Positions 13,865 through 27,360 of a stretch of 64,000 bases of DNA are shown one piece after another (position 1 is the first letter of the stretch; every line of letters starts with the position of its first letter). Source of the DNA: Octopus sinensis (Eukaryota); assembly GCF_006345805.1 (NCBI RefSeq), contig NC_042998.1:29450001-29514000 (forward strand), in the 5' to 3' direction. The position numbers and the translations under genes are program-made. A model generated the notes under the pieces. The model ran no database searches. It saw only the letters and a list, made by a program, of their open reading frames with translations, and was not told the origin of the DNA.

Positions 13865-14485
13865 GGACAATTACCCGCCTACAACAACTACCTCCTAAGA
13901 CCCCCCCCCCCCATCGACGACAACTACCCCCTAGGAAATTACCACCCTCTCCAATATATTAAGAAGTTTTAAATGATCATCTAAAAGTGCAAATTTTACG
14001 CGATTCCTCGCAAATATCGTATCACATTCATGTTTTCATAATTGTTAACTACGACTTTAATACAGGCTGAAATATCTAAATATTTCTCCCTAGAGATAAT
14101 CGACAACTAACATTTCGTCAAATATTAAAATCTTTACTAGATTAGAAATAACATTATCAAAACATGAAGGTTTAACAAAACAAATATGCTTGGTTTACTT
14201 CCGGGCACCAATATACTGCAGCAGTAAGTCTTTCACGTTGTTCCCCGACTGAACAGAAAAAATTCATTGGAATCATTCAAAACTTATAAAAAAATACACA
14301 CATTAGGCGCAATGTTCTCAAAGCCGCACACTAAATTTCCAAGGTAAAGAAATAGCGGCTTATACACCGGAAAATTCGGTACACATCGGAGGTTAACTAC
14401 TTAAGAGTAATTGTCCTAGAAGATTGTTGTCCTCGGTGGGTTTATTGTCCATGGGGGTGGGGTGGGGTGTAAATGTTCTGGACTC
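13865..14485. mobile_element. Possible degenerate MITE with ggacaattacc-type subterminal repeats
   Basis: Repeated ggacaattacc/gacaactacc at the left end and inverted versions (gtaattgtcc, ttattgtcc) at the right end; no TSD seen. Confidence 0.35.
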
Positions 14486-14495
14486 ACTCAATATA

Positions 14496-14732
14496 CAGGG
14501 TGGCCCAAAAGTAGATTTACAGTTATTCAACTATCTCTTTCACATTCATATATTAACAGTTTAGGTCTTAATTATAAAAACAAATATGAAACCATTATTC
14601 TATGCTAATTTAGTTAATTTTGTCAAGCTTCCTTTTCAGTCTGTAAGATAGAAATTTAAATGTAATAAATTGTTTTAAAAGAAATTTAACGTGCCTACGC
14701 GATAACTGTAAACCTACTTTGGGGCCACCTTG
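14496..14732. mobile_element. Tc1/mariner-type MITE
   Basis: ~31-bp TIR CAGGGTGGCCCAAAAGTAGATTTACAGTTAT with 3 mismatches; TA TSD. Confidence 0.85.
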
Positions 14733-15502
14733 TATATCAATACGTTCATATACTGATCTTTACAAATATTTTCTCACAGTCTGCATTTCCCTTAATGTGT
14801 TCCCAAATTTTGAGAAGAATTTTTCAACATGACAGTATACATGTTTCCAATATAAAACCTCGTGTAAACGATTCCATGTTTTGCATAGAAATGTTTGAAT
14901 ACTTGTACTCAGATATTCAGGTATAATATGTAATATTTTTAAACCTAGAATTTCTATATATATTACAGGTAACGTTAATAAAATGATATTTCGGACTGTA
15001 TTATATAAACTTCTGTATATTTACTAAATAATCAACGATCACCTGAAGGCACTGGCTGACATATTCACTTTTGCTGTAGGCTAGAAATTTACTTAACAAA
15101 TTTCTCGTGCTTTTTTATACATGATCTGTTTTGAGACTTTTACATTGCAACGTCGGTTTCCATTACAGGTCGGCGAGTCATTTTTTGTAATGCTATGTCC
15201 CACAGAAAAATCTGATTTACCTTATCAGCAAAGCGCTTTAAGATGAAAATATTTCTTTATAGTGAACATAAAGTGAAATTTGAAATAATTTTTCAACTAT
15301 CAGTTTTCTAATGATCTACGAACCCTTCTAATATTTTCATCTTTAGATGATCATCTTACTGGGTTTGACAGATATCTTATGAAGAACAGAATAAGCTTTT
15401 ATCATATAAATAACTTCAGAACTTGTAAAAGTAGCCGGATAAAGACGTCCTTTAAAGTATTTCGTTTGGAATAATATACCTTCACATATATAATTTCAAC
15501 TT

Positions 15503-15804
15503 GTTTGTTCCTTCTCGACCCACGCCTAGCTCATAAGGGCCGGTTTCCTGGTTTCCTTGGCGTATATGTGCCCCACCTCGACGGCACGTCTGTCCGTTGC
15601 AGGTGAGCTGCAAGATGCAGGAGGAAAGACTGAGAGAAAGTTGTGGCGAAAGAATCAGCAGAAGTTCGCCATTACCTTCTGTCGGAGCTGCGTGGAGCTT
15701 TGGTGATTCGATCATAAACACACACATCGCTCCGTCTGAGATTCGAATCCGCGATCCCTCGACCGCGAGGCCGCTGCTCTAAGCACTAGACCATGTGCCT
15801 CCAC
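15503..15804 (-). mobile_element. SINE-C, tail type 2
   Basis: Reverse complement of the 13542-13848 family; 11-bp TSD AATTTCAACTT. Confidence 0.85.
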
Positions 15805-17119
15805 AATTTCAACTTACGCTAACCGAATTAAGATTTTCTTTTAATTATTTCACTTGGGATAAATGCTTTCTCATGAATAGTCATATATTCCTACACAAAA
15901 GTCTGTCGAATAAATAAGACACTTGATGCGAATGTTCAGTGTACACAGAAAAGTATTTGAAACGAAACTTTCCAACTTGCCATTAACCCTACTTTTTTGT
16001 TTCTGTACAAGAAAGAAGATTATCTGTATAAGAAATAAGACACAAAATATCTAAATTTTGGCACATCTGGTGTTTGTTAAAAATTGCTTTTTTGCTTTCA
16101 ATGTTACGTGCAATATTTTTCTAAATCTGACTAGAATGAAACTTAAATGTGCAATTCATCGTTTCGTCTCCAGACGAAATTTGTATCTCGTAATTTAATC
16201 TTAAACAGTATTTGTAATTTTGTCTCCAGATAATCTTTTTTTTTTTACTGGTTCCTTATTCGATATTAAAATTCATAAAAACTCAAGGTGAAAATGACGG
16301 ATGTAAGGACAAAGCTAATTTTCTATTTAATCTAATAATGCTCCCAGCTACTGGCACAAGGCCGGACACATTTCGGGAGGGAGCTAGTCGATGACATCAA
16401 CCCTAGTACTAAACTAGTGTTTATTTTATCGACCCACCACCCCCGAAAGGATGAAAGCCAATGTCGAACTCGATGGAATTTGAATTCAGAATGTAAAGAG
16501 TGGGGTTTAAAAATCTTCCTATACTTGCTAGATGTGGAAAAGTGCCCCTCTAAAGCTGCAAAGAAAAAAGAAGAAAGAAAACAATTTCGGTAGACTGCTT
16601 TGAATACTGAGAACGAAGGGTGGATAGAACCAGATTACCTCCATTTGTCTACTATTCCTGCTCGCCCTACGAGAGATCCTGAATCTAGTATTTCGGTTTG
16701 TGGGTCAAGACATATTCATAGTGACTCAGTGTCTGGCTGCATGCTTTTTCCATGTGTACGTGAACTAGTTTATTCTTTCTCTTTTTTAATTTTGATTTTC
16801 CCTTATTTCGTTTTTCCCTGTTTCATTCACATATTAACATTTATTGATCATATTTATACACCCTAAATTAATAAGCATACCAACGTTCGGCTCCTCGGCT
16901 GTCCATTATTGGCGTCGCGTATTCATTAATACGATTATAGCTCACTACAAGCATTTTAATAATTTGATAAAGAAATAAAACGACATTTATCTCGCTTAGG
17001 TAATCGGTGAGTAGGGGACACCAATGGTTCTTTACCGATTCCAATCTCCACTCCCATTTTTGTATTCTTTCTGCTAGCCCATTTTTTTGTTGCAGTCTAT
17101 ATTACGGCGGACTATTTTC

Positions 17120-17684
17120 TATTTCTTTACTACCCACAAGAGGCTAAACACAGAGATGATTAAGTCGATTATATTGACCCCCTGGTACTTATTTATTCGA
17201 CCCCGAAAGGATGAAAGGCAAAGTCGACCTCGGCGGAATTTGAACTCAGAACGTAGCGGCAGACGAAATACCTATTTCTTTATTGCCCACAAGGGGCTAA
17301 ACACAGAGAGGACAAACAAGTACAGACAAACGGATCAAGTCGATAACATCGACCCCAGAGTTCAACTGGTACTTAATTTATCGACCCCGAAAGGATGAAA
17401 GGCAAAGTCCACCTCGGCGGAATTTGAACTCAGAAGGTAGCAGCAGACGAAATACCTATTTCTTTACTACTCACAAGGGGCTAAACATAGAGGGAACGAA
17501 CAAGGACAGACAAATGGATTAAGTCGATTACATCGACCCCAGAGTTCAACTGGTACTTAATTTATCGACCCCGAAAGGATGAAAGGCAAAGTCGACCTCG
17601 GCGGAATTTGAACTCAGAACGTAGCAGCAGACGAAATACCGCTAAGCATTTCGACCGGCGTGCTAACGTTTCTGCCAGCTCGCC
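17120..17684 (-). mobile_element. SINE-A array: one headed copy plus two headless units
   Basis: Units rejoin at gaaatacc|tatttc. Confidence 0.85.
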
Positions 17685-17726
17685 GGATTTTTTCAATGAA
17701 ACCGGCTGCCTCCAAGACATGCGTAA

Positions 17727-18110
17727 TCTCTCTCTATATAAACGGCAGTTTGTCTGTGCGTTTTCTGTGTGTCTGTTTTCTCGTTCCCTCACCCTGACCA
17801 CGGCTTTCAACCGATTCTGATGAAACTTGACACACACATAGCCCAATGTCATAATTCAAAACTAACGCAGCGAAAATTTTGAAAAGTTACCCAGTTCAGA
17901 AAAAAATCGATAAATTCGACATGGGGTCGAGAATCAGAAACCCAAACCACAGACCGTCTAGGGGACGCAACTCCACCTTTTTTAACTCTCAAAAAAAAAA
18001 TTTACCATCATTTTTTTCCATTTTTTTTCTATTTTTTGGCTATAACTCTCTAAAAATGCTTTATAGTTATTTCCCTTACAAACCTGAGCAACGCCGGGCG
18101 ATACTGCTAG
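17727..18110 (+). mobile_element. Non-autonomous Helitron
   Basis: 5' TC (A|TCTCTCTCTATATAAA); 3' hairpin cctgagcaacgccggg followed by CTAG|T; inserted between A and T with no TSD. Confidence 0.75.
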
Positions 18111-18546
18111 TGTTATATAAGTTGGACACGATAGGATTTTGAAACAGCTGTAATAATCGACTGTCTCTTCCATCGTCTTTATTTACTGATTTGAATACTG
18201 CATTATTAGCAATGTTTATTACTTTCAGAATGGAGTTAGATAGCATCTGTCATCTTATCGGAATTTTCTGTCTAATCTCGACAGGAACGAAAAGTATTTG
18301 ATGCATTGATTACTAGATTTTGTTGATCAATTTTCGAGTCGTCTGTATTTTCTATACCAGAGTCGATATTCAAGACGTATGCTAGAGACTAAGCAACTGC
18401 GTTTTACCACGAGTATTCGGCTAATCCTAATATATTACACGCACACACACACACACACACACGTGCGCAGCACATATGCACGCAGACACACTCACACGCA
18501 CATATATGCATAGATTAAATCGAGGAATAGACAAACAGGTATACAT

Positions 18547-18614
<68 letters not shown>

Positions 18615-18641
18615 GATATGCATATATAAATATATATACAT

Positions 18642-18699
<58 letters not shown>

Positions 18700-18711
18700 G
18701 TAAGTATGTTG

Positions 18712-19190
18712 TGTACAGGGCGTGACAGTAAACAACATGAAATACGAAGACAAATGAGTCGAATACGCAAGCAACGAGATAAATAGAGAACAGGACAAGT
18801 AACAAATAACGACCCTTCATCAGTTGTCGGCTGTCTATCTTCTCCTCATTTCGAGCAGTGAACAACAATCTGAGTCTTCGAAGACAGTTGCTCCCACAAA
18901 TGCCAAAATAATACTTGGGATTTATGGAGGGTCAAAATCAGCACAGTGGAGGCATACAAGGAGACCGAACGAAAACAAACACGGAGACTCGTTAGACCAG
19001 AACGAGAGTAAAATAGTGAACGGTGGAGAAATATTTTCTTTGACAAGAGAAATGATAGAAGAGAGAGATAGACAGGATACATCCAGTCCGGAAAGAAAAG
19101 AAAGATGATCACGCGAGGAAAAGAAAGATGGACGATGGTCTCGTGTGAGCAACGAAAGAGAGTAAAGGAAAGTGCTGTGTTCAACTATAA
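18712..19190 (-). mobile_element. Unclassified interspersed repeat ending in microsatellite, with a lone CTGATGA half-motif
   Basis: Minus strand ...acaactgatgaagggtcgtt... followed by a pyrimidine-rich tail into (TA)n/(TACA)n; similar layout at 46780-46880. Confidence 0.35.
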
Positions 19191-19562
19191 AAACAATATC
19201 ACATTTATCTCATTAGTTACTCTATAGGTTTGTAGAGTACAAATTTATTATTCCTATACAGTTACTATGTCGTCAGACTAATCCGACGATTGCGTAACTG
19301 GCCGAGACTGCGAAGTCATTTTCAATAATATTATTGTTTGAGAGGTCGTGGTAGACGTAGGAATGGCTGTGCAGCAAGTAGCTTGCTTACCAAGCACATG
19401 GTTCCGAGTTCAGTCCCACTGCGTGGCACCTTGGGCAGCTGATATCTACTATAGTCTCGGGCCGACCAAGGCCTTGTGAGTGGATTTGGTAGACGGAAAC
19501 TGAAAGAAGTCCATAGTATATATATATATATATACGGGTGGGGGGTGATTGTGTATAGAAGA

Positions 19563-19968
19563 ATATATTAATAAAAGGAATTACAACCTTGTCTGATTTT
19601 CACGTTTTATTTACAATCTTATAATGATATAATATAATATAATAAAATAAAATAATAGAATGTTAAATGTTCATTCTGATTGAACTAGTACTTTCATGCA
19701 TTAAATTCTGCAATCTTCAGGTTCATGTAGTAGTGGTGACAGTTATGTTTCACAATTTTGACAGTCAAAAATTGTGAAGCATGACTGTCACCACTACTAC
19801 ATGAACCTGAAGATTGCAGAATTTAATGCATGAAAGTACTAGTTCAATCAGAATGAACATTTAACATTCTATTATTTTATTTTATTATATTATATTATCT
19901 TATATTATATCATTATAAGATTGAAAATAAAACGTGAAAATCAGACAAGGTTGGAATTCCTTTTATTA

Positions 19969-19974
<6 letters not shown>
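19563..19974. repeat. ~410-bp near-perfect palindrome with two divergent hammerhead-like motifs
   Basis: Arms ~200 bp centred at 19763, with few mismatches; motif at 19802-19846 (+) and 19681-19725 (-). Confidence 0.9.
19802..19846 (+). ncRNA. Minimal hammerhead-like motif (mirror copy at 19681-19725 on the minus strand)
   Basis: Stem I TGAAC/GTTCA; core CTGAAGA; stem II TGCA/TGCA closed by a T.T mismatch; GAAA; palindromic AGTACT stem III; CUA triplet. Confidence 0.6.
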
Positions 19975-20019
<45 letters not shown>

Positions 20020-20936
20020 TGTTTGTGTGTGTGTGTGTGTGTGTTTGTGAGTGTATGTTTCTGTGTCTGTGTTTATCTCCCACCATCGCTTGACAACTGA
20101 TGCTGGTGTGTTTACACCCCCGTCAACTAGCCGTTCGGCGAAAGAGACCAATAGAATAAGTACTAAGCTTAACAAAGAATAGGTCCTGGTATCTATTTGT
20201 TAGACTAAAGGCGGTGCTCCAGCATGGCCACTGTCAAATGACTGACAAAATTAAAAGAAAAAAATAATTATAAGCCAGCGCAAGTGAGTGTTTTGTATGT
20301 GTGCGTGATATGTGTGTGTGTGTTTGGATGTGCGTCTATTTGTATGCATGTGGGTGTACGGATGTGAGTGTGATGATCATCGTTTTGTTTATGTATCTTT
20401 TCAATGTTTTTTTTTTCAGTTCAATTAAGGAAGCTCATCCACCACTGTTAACATTTACGAAATGCAATTAGACGCGTTTTAATCTTCTTAATTGTTAATT
20501 ATATTGAAAGTGTTGCTCAAGCGACCAAGATACCACACTATTTCTCTATATTATTGACAATTATGTTATTTGTGCCTCTACTGTAATAAAGAAAAATTCG
20601 TTCAGTGCGACTACAATAACACTTCTAGAAAATTGATTCAGCGTCACATCGAATATTAAAAACCATTCATGGCGACGGAGAAATCTTTGTATTGTTGAGA
20701 TCATGAATATAATGCCTCGAAACTTTTCTATTTCAAATTAAGTTTGTATTAGCTATAATTAATAACCCCAGCGGCTGTAGCACCTTACGTATATTTATCA
20801 GAAAGAATATTACCGTTGTTGATATTTTTGGAGTCACCAAGTCTGATTAACAAATAAAACTGGCATGAGATTCATTTGAACTGATTTTGTGGCAATTTTA
20901 TTTCTGCATTTAGAATTATTGGAATTTGGCACCTAG

Positions 20937-23118
20937 CTTACTTGAAACAAAAATCACGTCGCCATCGCTGGAGTTGGTTACAAATTCTATTGTTGTGTTT
21001 TTGAATACAAAATGCCAGTTCTGTCATCGGGTATAAATCACCATATCAGTTCACCCTACAACGCTCCTAATAATTATGTTGTTTCCTACATATTTCTCTA
21101 ATCATGATTCAAACATCAAAGCTGATAAAATAATGATTTTTGTATTACACTTTCTATATTTCATTTTCCAACAAACACTTATAATTCTCGATAATTCTAA
21201 TATAATTCACATATCTTCAAAATTTCCCTAATCATTCACTTGGCTTTCATAAAGATATGCACGAAACTAGATAAAATATGACGTTATAAGTACAACTAAT
21301 ATCGTACAGCTAATTGCTTATGGTCTGATAAACAGATTTGCCCAGAAATGTAAAATAATTTCCTATTTAAACTGAACATCATTAAAATAAAAAAAAAAAC
21401 TGGTGATTCGGCAGTTGTCTGAGTGCGTTAATTAGAAATCCGCACAGAACTTATTTTAAATTTCTGCGGCGTAATTTCAAATCCAACCAAGGTCTACTCT
21501 GCCAGTCATTTTTCTAGGGTTAATTAAAAATGCTCCACCCATCAAAGGACATTTTAGCGAATGTATTTGACCATCAGAAGAGATACTCCATGTCCTAGTT
21601 TCGGTCATTCGATACACTATGTCCTAGTTTCGGTCATTCGACATTTGACAATGGAACGGAATGATTATCGTTTGTAGTGCTTGGCATAAAACTCTGCATA
21701 CAGTTGCGCGTAATCGAACAATGTTTATCTTGGATTATATAACCCAATGTGTCCTCTTTTTACATGATGGTAAAGTTTATGTTGAGTGAGATTTGATCGT
21801 TACTTCTAGCAATTCGAGCAACTACCCTGGGGTTCATTATTGGCTCGTGGTGATTATCATTTCATTAGTTTGGTTAACACATTTGAACAACTAGAAGGAA
21901 ATTTACGAAAATATATATTTTATCGAGTGCTATTACTGGAGCAAATAATAACGATACCTTCACAGATTTTCAGATAAGAAGGAGGACTCTCTGCTCTTCA
22001 ATCTAGCGTATTGCACGCCGGTTCCATTTGGAATGTCTTCCGACAAAGTAAGAATGCGAGATGCTAGTTTTCTATCGTCGGATTTTCATTTATATTGACG
22101 TGGCCCGATAACATTTATTTACCGATTTTCACACACAAACTTGAACACGAAGAAGTGACACCAGAAATTTTCATATAAATTTATGACCTAAAACTCTGAA
22201 GAGGAAACCTCTATGCGATCCTTTCGTCTGCTAGAAATGGTGTGTGATAAGGCGTCGAGCTAGCAGAAATGTTAGCACGTCGGGCGAAATGCTTAGCATT
22301 ATTTCGTCTGTCGTTACGTTGTGAGTTCAAATTCCACCGAGGTCGACTTTGCCTTTCATCCTTTCGAGGTCGATAAATTAAGTACCAGTTATGCACTGGG
22401 GTCGATCTAATCGACTTAATCCGTTTGTCTGTCCTTGTTTGTCCGTTTTATGTTTAGCCCCTTGTGGGCAATAAAGAAATAAGAAATGGTGTGTGATAAA
22501 ATAGAAGATAGAACAGAATTCGTGGTCTCTGTATACAGTGCGTGAAACATGAGCAGCTAACAGCAGTTAAATCTGGTTTCATTTTAAATGTTCAGTCAGA
22601 GCTGATCTGGGATAATACTACAATGTGAATTTATATCCTTAGATTTCGTCATTTTCGTAATTGAATCATTCTACATTGCATTGATACCTAAAATAAGTGA
22701 ATATTCCTGAGATTTTGGGGGAAGAGGCCAGTCGATTAGATCGACTCCAGTATGCAACCGGTACTTAATTTATCGACCCCAAAAGGATAAAAGGCAAAGT
22801 CGACGTCAGCGGAATTTGAACACAGAACCGCCGAGGTCTATATGCGAGTTATATTAGAATTATCGAGAATTATAAGTGTGTGTTGGAAAATGAAATATAG
22901 AAAGTGTAATGCAAAAATCATTATTTTTATCAGCTTTGATGATTGAATTATGATTAGAGAAATGTGTAGGAAACAACATACTTATTAGGAGCGTTGTAGG
23001 GTGAACTGATATGGTGATTTATACCCGATAACAGAACTGGCGTTTTGTATTCAAAAACACAACAATAGAAATTATAACCAACTCCAGCGATGGCGACGTG
23101 ATTTTTGTTTCAAGTAAG
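20937..23118. repeat. Inverted pair of a ~280-bp repeat (20937-21212 and ~22840-23118)
   Basis: cttacttgaaacaaaaatcacgtcgccatcgctgg... is present in both orientations and is highly similar. Confidence 0.85.
22251..22481 (+). mobile_element. SINE-A, full length with TSD
   Basis: 18-bp TSD AGAAATGGTGTGTGATAA at 22233-22250 and 22482-22499. Confidence 0.9.
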
Positions 23119-23999
23119 TCGACTTTGGCTATCATTCACCCAGGAAAACATCCAAGGCATTTCGACCGGCGCGCTAACGTTTCTGCCAGCTTATCTCTGA
23201 AGATTTATATGTTTAAGATTGACAAAACTTGGCACTGCGAGTAAAAAAGTTGTCCAACGAAATTGAAAGAACTTTACCACAAAATTTCTTTCATACGTGT
23301 CACATGTTTTTGCTATTTATTGCTAAATATTGTTTGACATTAGATTATATGAAATGTTTGTCATGTAAGTGTATATGACTTATACTCCCCTCTTTTATTA
23401 GCTGCCAGAAGAAAATTTATTTGTCAATTCATGAACATCGCAATACTTTAATTACTGGGAATATATTTCGGCGTTTGGCTTTATTCAGTAATAATAGAGA
23501 GCCAGCTTTCTCATAATAGCAGTAATACGAAAAGATATTCTACCGTGTACTTTAAACTATGCATTCAATTATAACAACTCGTATAATGTAGCAGGTGGTT
23601 ATCAGAAATGAGGATATACTTCAATTAATTAGCTGCACTTTATCTCGAATATATGTCAAATTAAGGGATGTTGCCTTCCTCGTAAAATTATTCTGAATTG
23701 CAGATTTGAATACAAATATATTGTAAATAATGGTAATGACCTCCCCCTATAATCATAATTATTCATTTGCTGCAATCAAATTGTGTGACTTCATATTTAA
23801 TATCAATTTCCTTCGTTGATAAAAGACGAGGCTATGCTCCATTCCATTAACGCTTGTTTGAGACTCGTCTTTTTGTAGTCGACAAGAACACAAAATTCCA
23901 AATTTCAATTTTTCGTCCATTTAAAATGGTCTATTTTATATAAAATTTATTTACATGAAATACAAAGCATCTATAAAACAATTAGAAACGAAGCTACGC

Positions 24000-26300
24000 C
24001 AGTGTCAAGGCTTAATAAATAATCTCTTAAAAGTATTTAATTAAATGCGTTTATTTTAAATATGGCGTCATTTATATTTCTATTCATTATACAATCCTTG
24101 CATTTGCTTAGATTACCTCTCCATAAATAACGTTCCGAGTCAAGGTTCTGTATTTATCATTGTATCTTTGTAGCTCTGTAGTTGAAAGTTCTTTGATCTG
24201 CAGTCTATCATACAATCTACATCTCTCTAATCTTTGTCCTTAAGGACATAGCAAAATATCCTTTATAGGAAGCTGCAATTATTTTAGAGCGAATGGTGCA
24301 TCAGCGTCAAAAGTTAAACAAAAAACACGGAGAAGCTCAGCACCATGAAGTTTGCTGACGGTCAGTAAATTATTAGTAGCACTGAGGGCCTGTATTGTGT
24401 ACCATTTCTATGGCCATTTCTGTGGTGTAAGTTGATTCAAAGAAGCATCAGAGGAACTCCTGTCTTGGTTTCGATATGAGGAGGCAAACCACTTATATTT
24501 AGTGAAATGCAAAATTTTGCGAGATAAAAACCAACTTAATTTTGTTTCTGCCATCGAGTTCAATTTAATCGTATCTATTTATGAAAGCTTATTCAGTTTC
24601 GTTTTTAGTTGCTCAATTTCCTTGTTTTTTTTTCTTTATTTTATAATCGCTCTTCGAGATATGCATTGTTTCTTTTCATAGTGTGTTACTAAACTGGGAC
24701 AAAGAATTTGAGTCAATTTTATTTTTTCTAGAACTCACAGTTAAGACGAGCGCAATTGTTCTGCTGTGTAGCAAATGTATGTCAGTATTAACAATAAATG
24801 GAAGAGCTCCTTTGCCCAGTTCAAGCAAGCAGTATGCATGGTGGATTTAGCCGATTAAATACAGCAAAACTAATTTTGTTCGAACAAAACATATGTTTTG
24901 ATTAGCAAAATATCGCATAGACTCCAAATGGAAGACATTTTCATGTATGCATCGATTATCGAAAATCGCTGACAACTAGAAGAATTTGCCGTAAAGCTCA
25001 ACTGACGACTATTAATTTACCTCAAGGATTTGATCATTGTTCATTAAATCTCAAAATTTGCTACGCATATCTTCGAGATGCCGATGGCACTGTGAGGTTT
25101 CGTCTGACATCAATAACTAAACATCGGACAGAAAGTGACCTTTTGAGGGGTTGTTAGAGATTTTATTGCAATGAGTAAACTGAAGCGAGAAAGGGCAGTC
25201 GTTCCGAGAGTCAGAAATGTAGTAAGAATACATGAAGATGTAGCAAGCACAAATCATCCAGAATTGAGAACACAAAACAATTTGCAATTTCAGAAGGTAA
25301 GTTTTGACTTCGTTTTGTAGCATAAATAAATACAAGGCTAATAAATTTTTGTCTTTTTAAATTTAATTCACAAAAACAAAATCTTCTGTTTATTATTGTG
25401 CATGCCTAAACCATTAGTCTAAGCGATTTCGTATCAGATACAGAATTAACAGGCGTATCTTGTTGACCATGGTCTGTTGCTAGCAAACCAATAGAAAATG
25501 TGTACAGCTTGTCACTAATAAAGACATCGGCTGCATTTACATAGGCTATTGTTTCACTACTATGCGGTAAAATATGTATAAAAGAAGTTTCAATAAGATT
25601 CTCGTAAAAGATATATCAATTTAAAGGTTTACACGAAGACAAGAAATGAGAAATTGCAACAGATAACTTTCTGAGCTGTCTTGTTGTCAATGTTGTTGCA
25701 TTCATCTGCATTTGCCATTTTCAGACATTTCCATAAAAATACATTATTTGGCAAACATGTTACAAACTTTCGCAGAATAGGATATTATCAAAACTTGTAG
25801 CTCCGTCTATGTGAGGAAGAAATAATCTCAAAAATAAAGTTATTTTTGTGACAGATTGACTGAGTGCATTCTGTTGAGGATCTCACGTATTTCTTTTCGC
25901 TGTCTCGTTCTGCTTCGCCAAATCTTATCCAATAATTGCCACATGTATTATTCAGGTAAGTTGAAAACAAAAATATTTCTGGCTTCTGGATCGCCATTGT
26001 TTTTATCAAAATAACCTATGATGAATGCAACAACATTTGATGCAGTTTCTAAACGAATTTTTCTTCGATTTTTTGAATAAATCTGTCTTCAGTCCTTTTC
26101 AGAAATGGGAATCTGAAAACATTACAGAGAAGGAATTTTTTGCTGAATGGAAAATTCGAAAAGTTTCCATCAAGTTTTAGATGATTCAAGATATCAACAA
26201 TTTTCATATTTAATGATTTCATATACTGGTTGGCATTTCCGATATTAAATGAGATCGTATTTGTTCTACTTCTTGCCAAACTAGAATGATATACCTTTGA
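24000..26300 (-). pseudogene. Unidentified decayed coding-like segment
   Basis: Long stop-poor frames by hand translation (e.g. ETASNVVAFIIGYFDKNNGDPEARNIFVFNLPE; KKKNKEIEQLKTKLNKLS); no family recognised with confidence. Confidence 0.3.
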
Positions 26301-27135
26301 ATATGTTACTTATATAGATATCTGACTGCTGTGACACATGCGTTGTATTATACATTTATATACCTTAACCAATATTAGAAACCATTGACTATTTTTGTTG
26401 CAGCGCAATATAGCACTTTGCACCGTCGATTTTTAATCCTTGGTAAGCCCCGACCGATTAAGCCTATGATGAAAGGCATTCCATCATATTTTGTATATGC
26501 AGCATCACATTGCCTGGTGTGTAGGAACATCTACCTCAAACTGAAATATATTTGCTCCAAAACCACTTACAAGAAATGATAAACATAAAAATCAGCTGAA
26601 AACCATCACATCTACCAAAACTCTGAACCTCACTAAACTCCAACGTCTAACTTGTTAAAAGCCAAACATTTGATCGCTACTCTTGTAAACAACATACGAA
26701 ACTGACTTTTATTCGAATTTCTCATCAAGAGATTAATACAGCGAAATTTATAACTGTCACCTCTCAAATAAATATACACGTAAACACAAACACGCGTACA
26801 CATACACACGCGGGCGTGCACACGCACGCATATACTTGTGTGTGTACGTGTATTTAATCTGAAGTTTGTATTTATTAAGTAACTTAAGATACTGGCTATC
26901 ATACACCCAGGAAAACATCCAATATACATCGAGATTCTGGCTAACAATGAATAGTGACTACAGTTTGAATTTAGTAGTATTACTAGCTGAACGTGGGAAA
27001 AATTTTAAAAGAGCAATAAAGCGTTCCTTTGATCAACTGTCCCGGCGAAACATCCAATTTCTCCTGGTACATCGCAAAAATCCACAACAGTGAAACGTAT
27101 GTATTGAACAAATGATATGGACTTGTATTTCTTAT

Positions 27136-27360
27136 ACCTACCTACCTACCTACCTACCTACCTATTTACCTACCTTCATACATACATACATACATACATA
27201 CATGCATGCATACATACATACATACATACATACATACATACATGCATACATACATACATGCATACATGCATGCATGCATACATACATACATACATACATA
27301 CATACATACATACATACATACATACATACATACATACATACATACATACGTACATACATA
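27136..27360. repeat. (TACC)n/(TACA)n/(TGCA) tetranucleotide tract
   Basis: Directly visible. Confidence 0.95.

Larger units (their letters stand above)
19357..20250 (+). mobile_element. SINE-B (CORE-type, OR2-like), split by an insertion in its internal microsatellite
   Basis: Head ggttccgagttcagtccc, CORE-like gcaccttgggca, ...gacggaaactgaaagaag; second half cgcttgacaactgatgctgg...ggcggtgctccagcatggcc resumes ~20050. Confidence 0.8.

Noticed and set aside
16870-16920. Hammerhead remnant gccgaacgttgg on the minus strand
   Set aside because: GAAA is incomplete and there is no recognisable core.
18800-18860. Permuted (type II) hammerhead from GAAA...CTGATGA on the minus strand
   Set aside because: Stems I and III cannot be formed, and stem II relies on two wobbles.
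25171-25302. Host exon ending at a CAGAAG|GTAAGT donor
   Set aside because: The frame upstream is broken by a stop or frameshift, and there is no clear acceptor, partner exon or recognisable protein.
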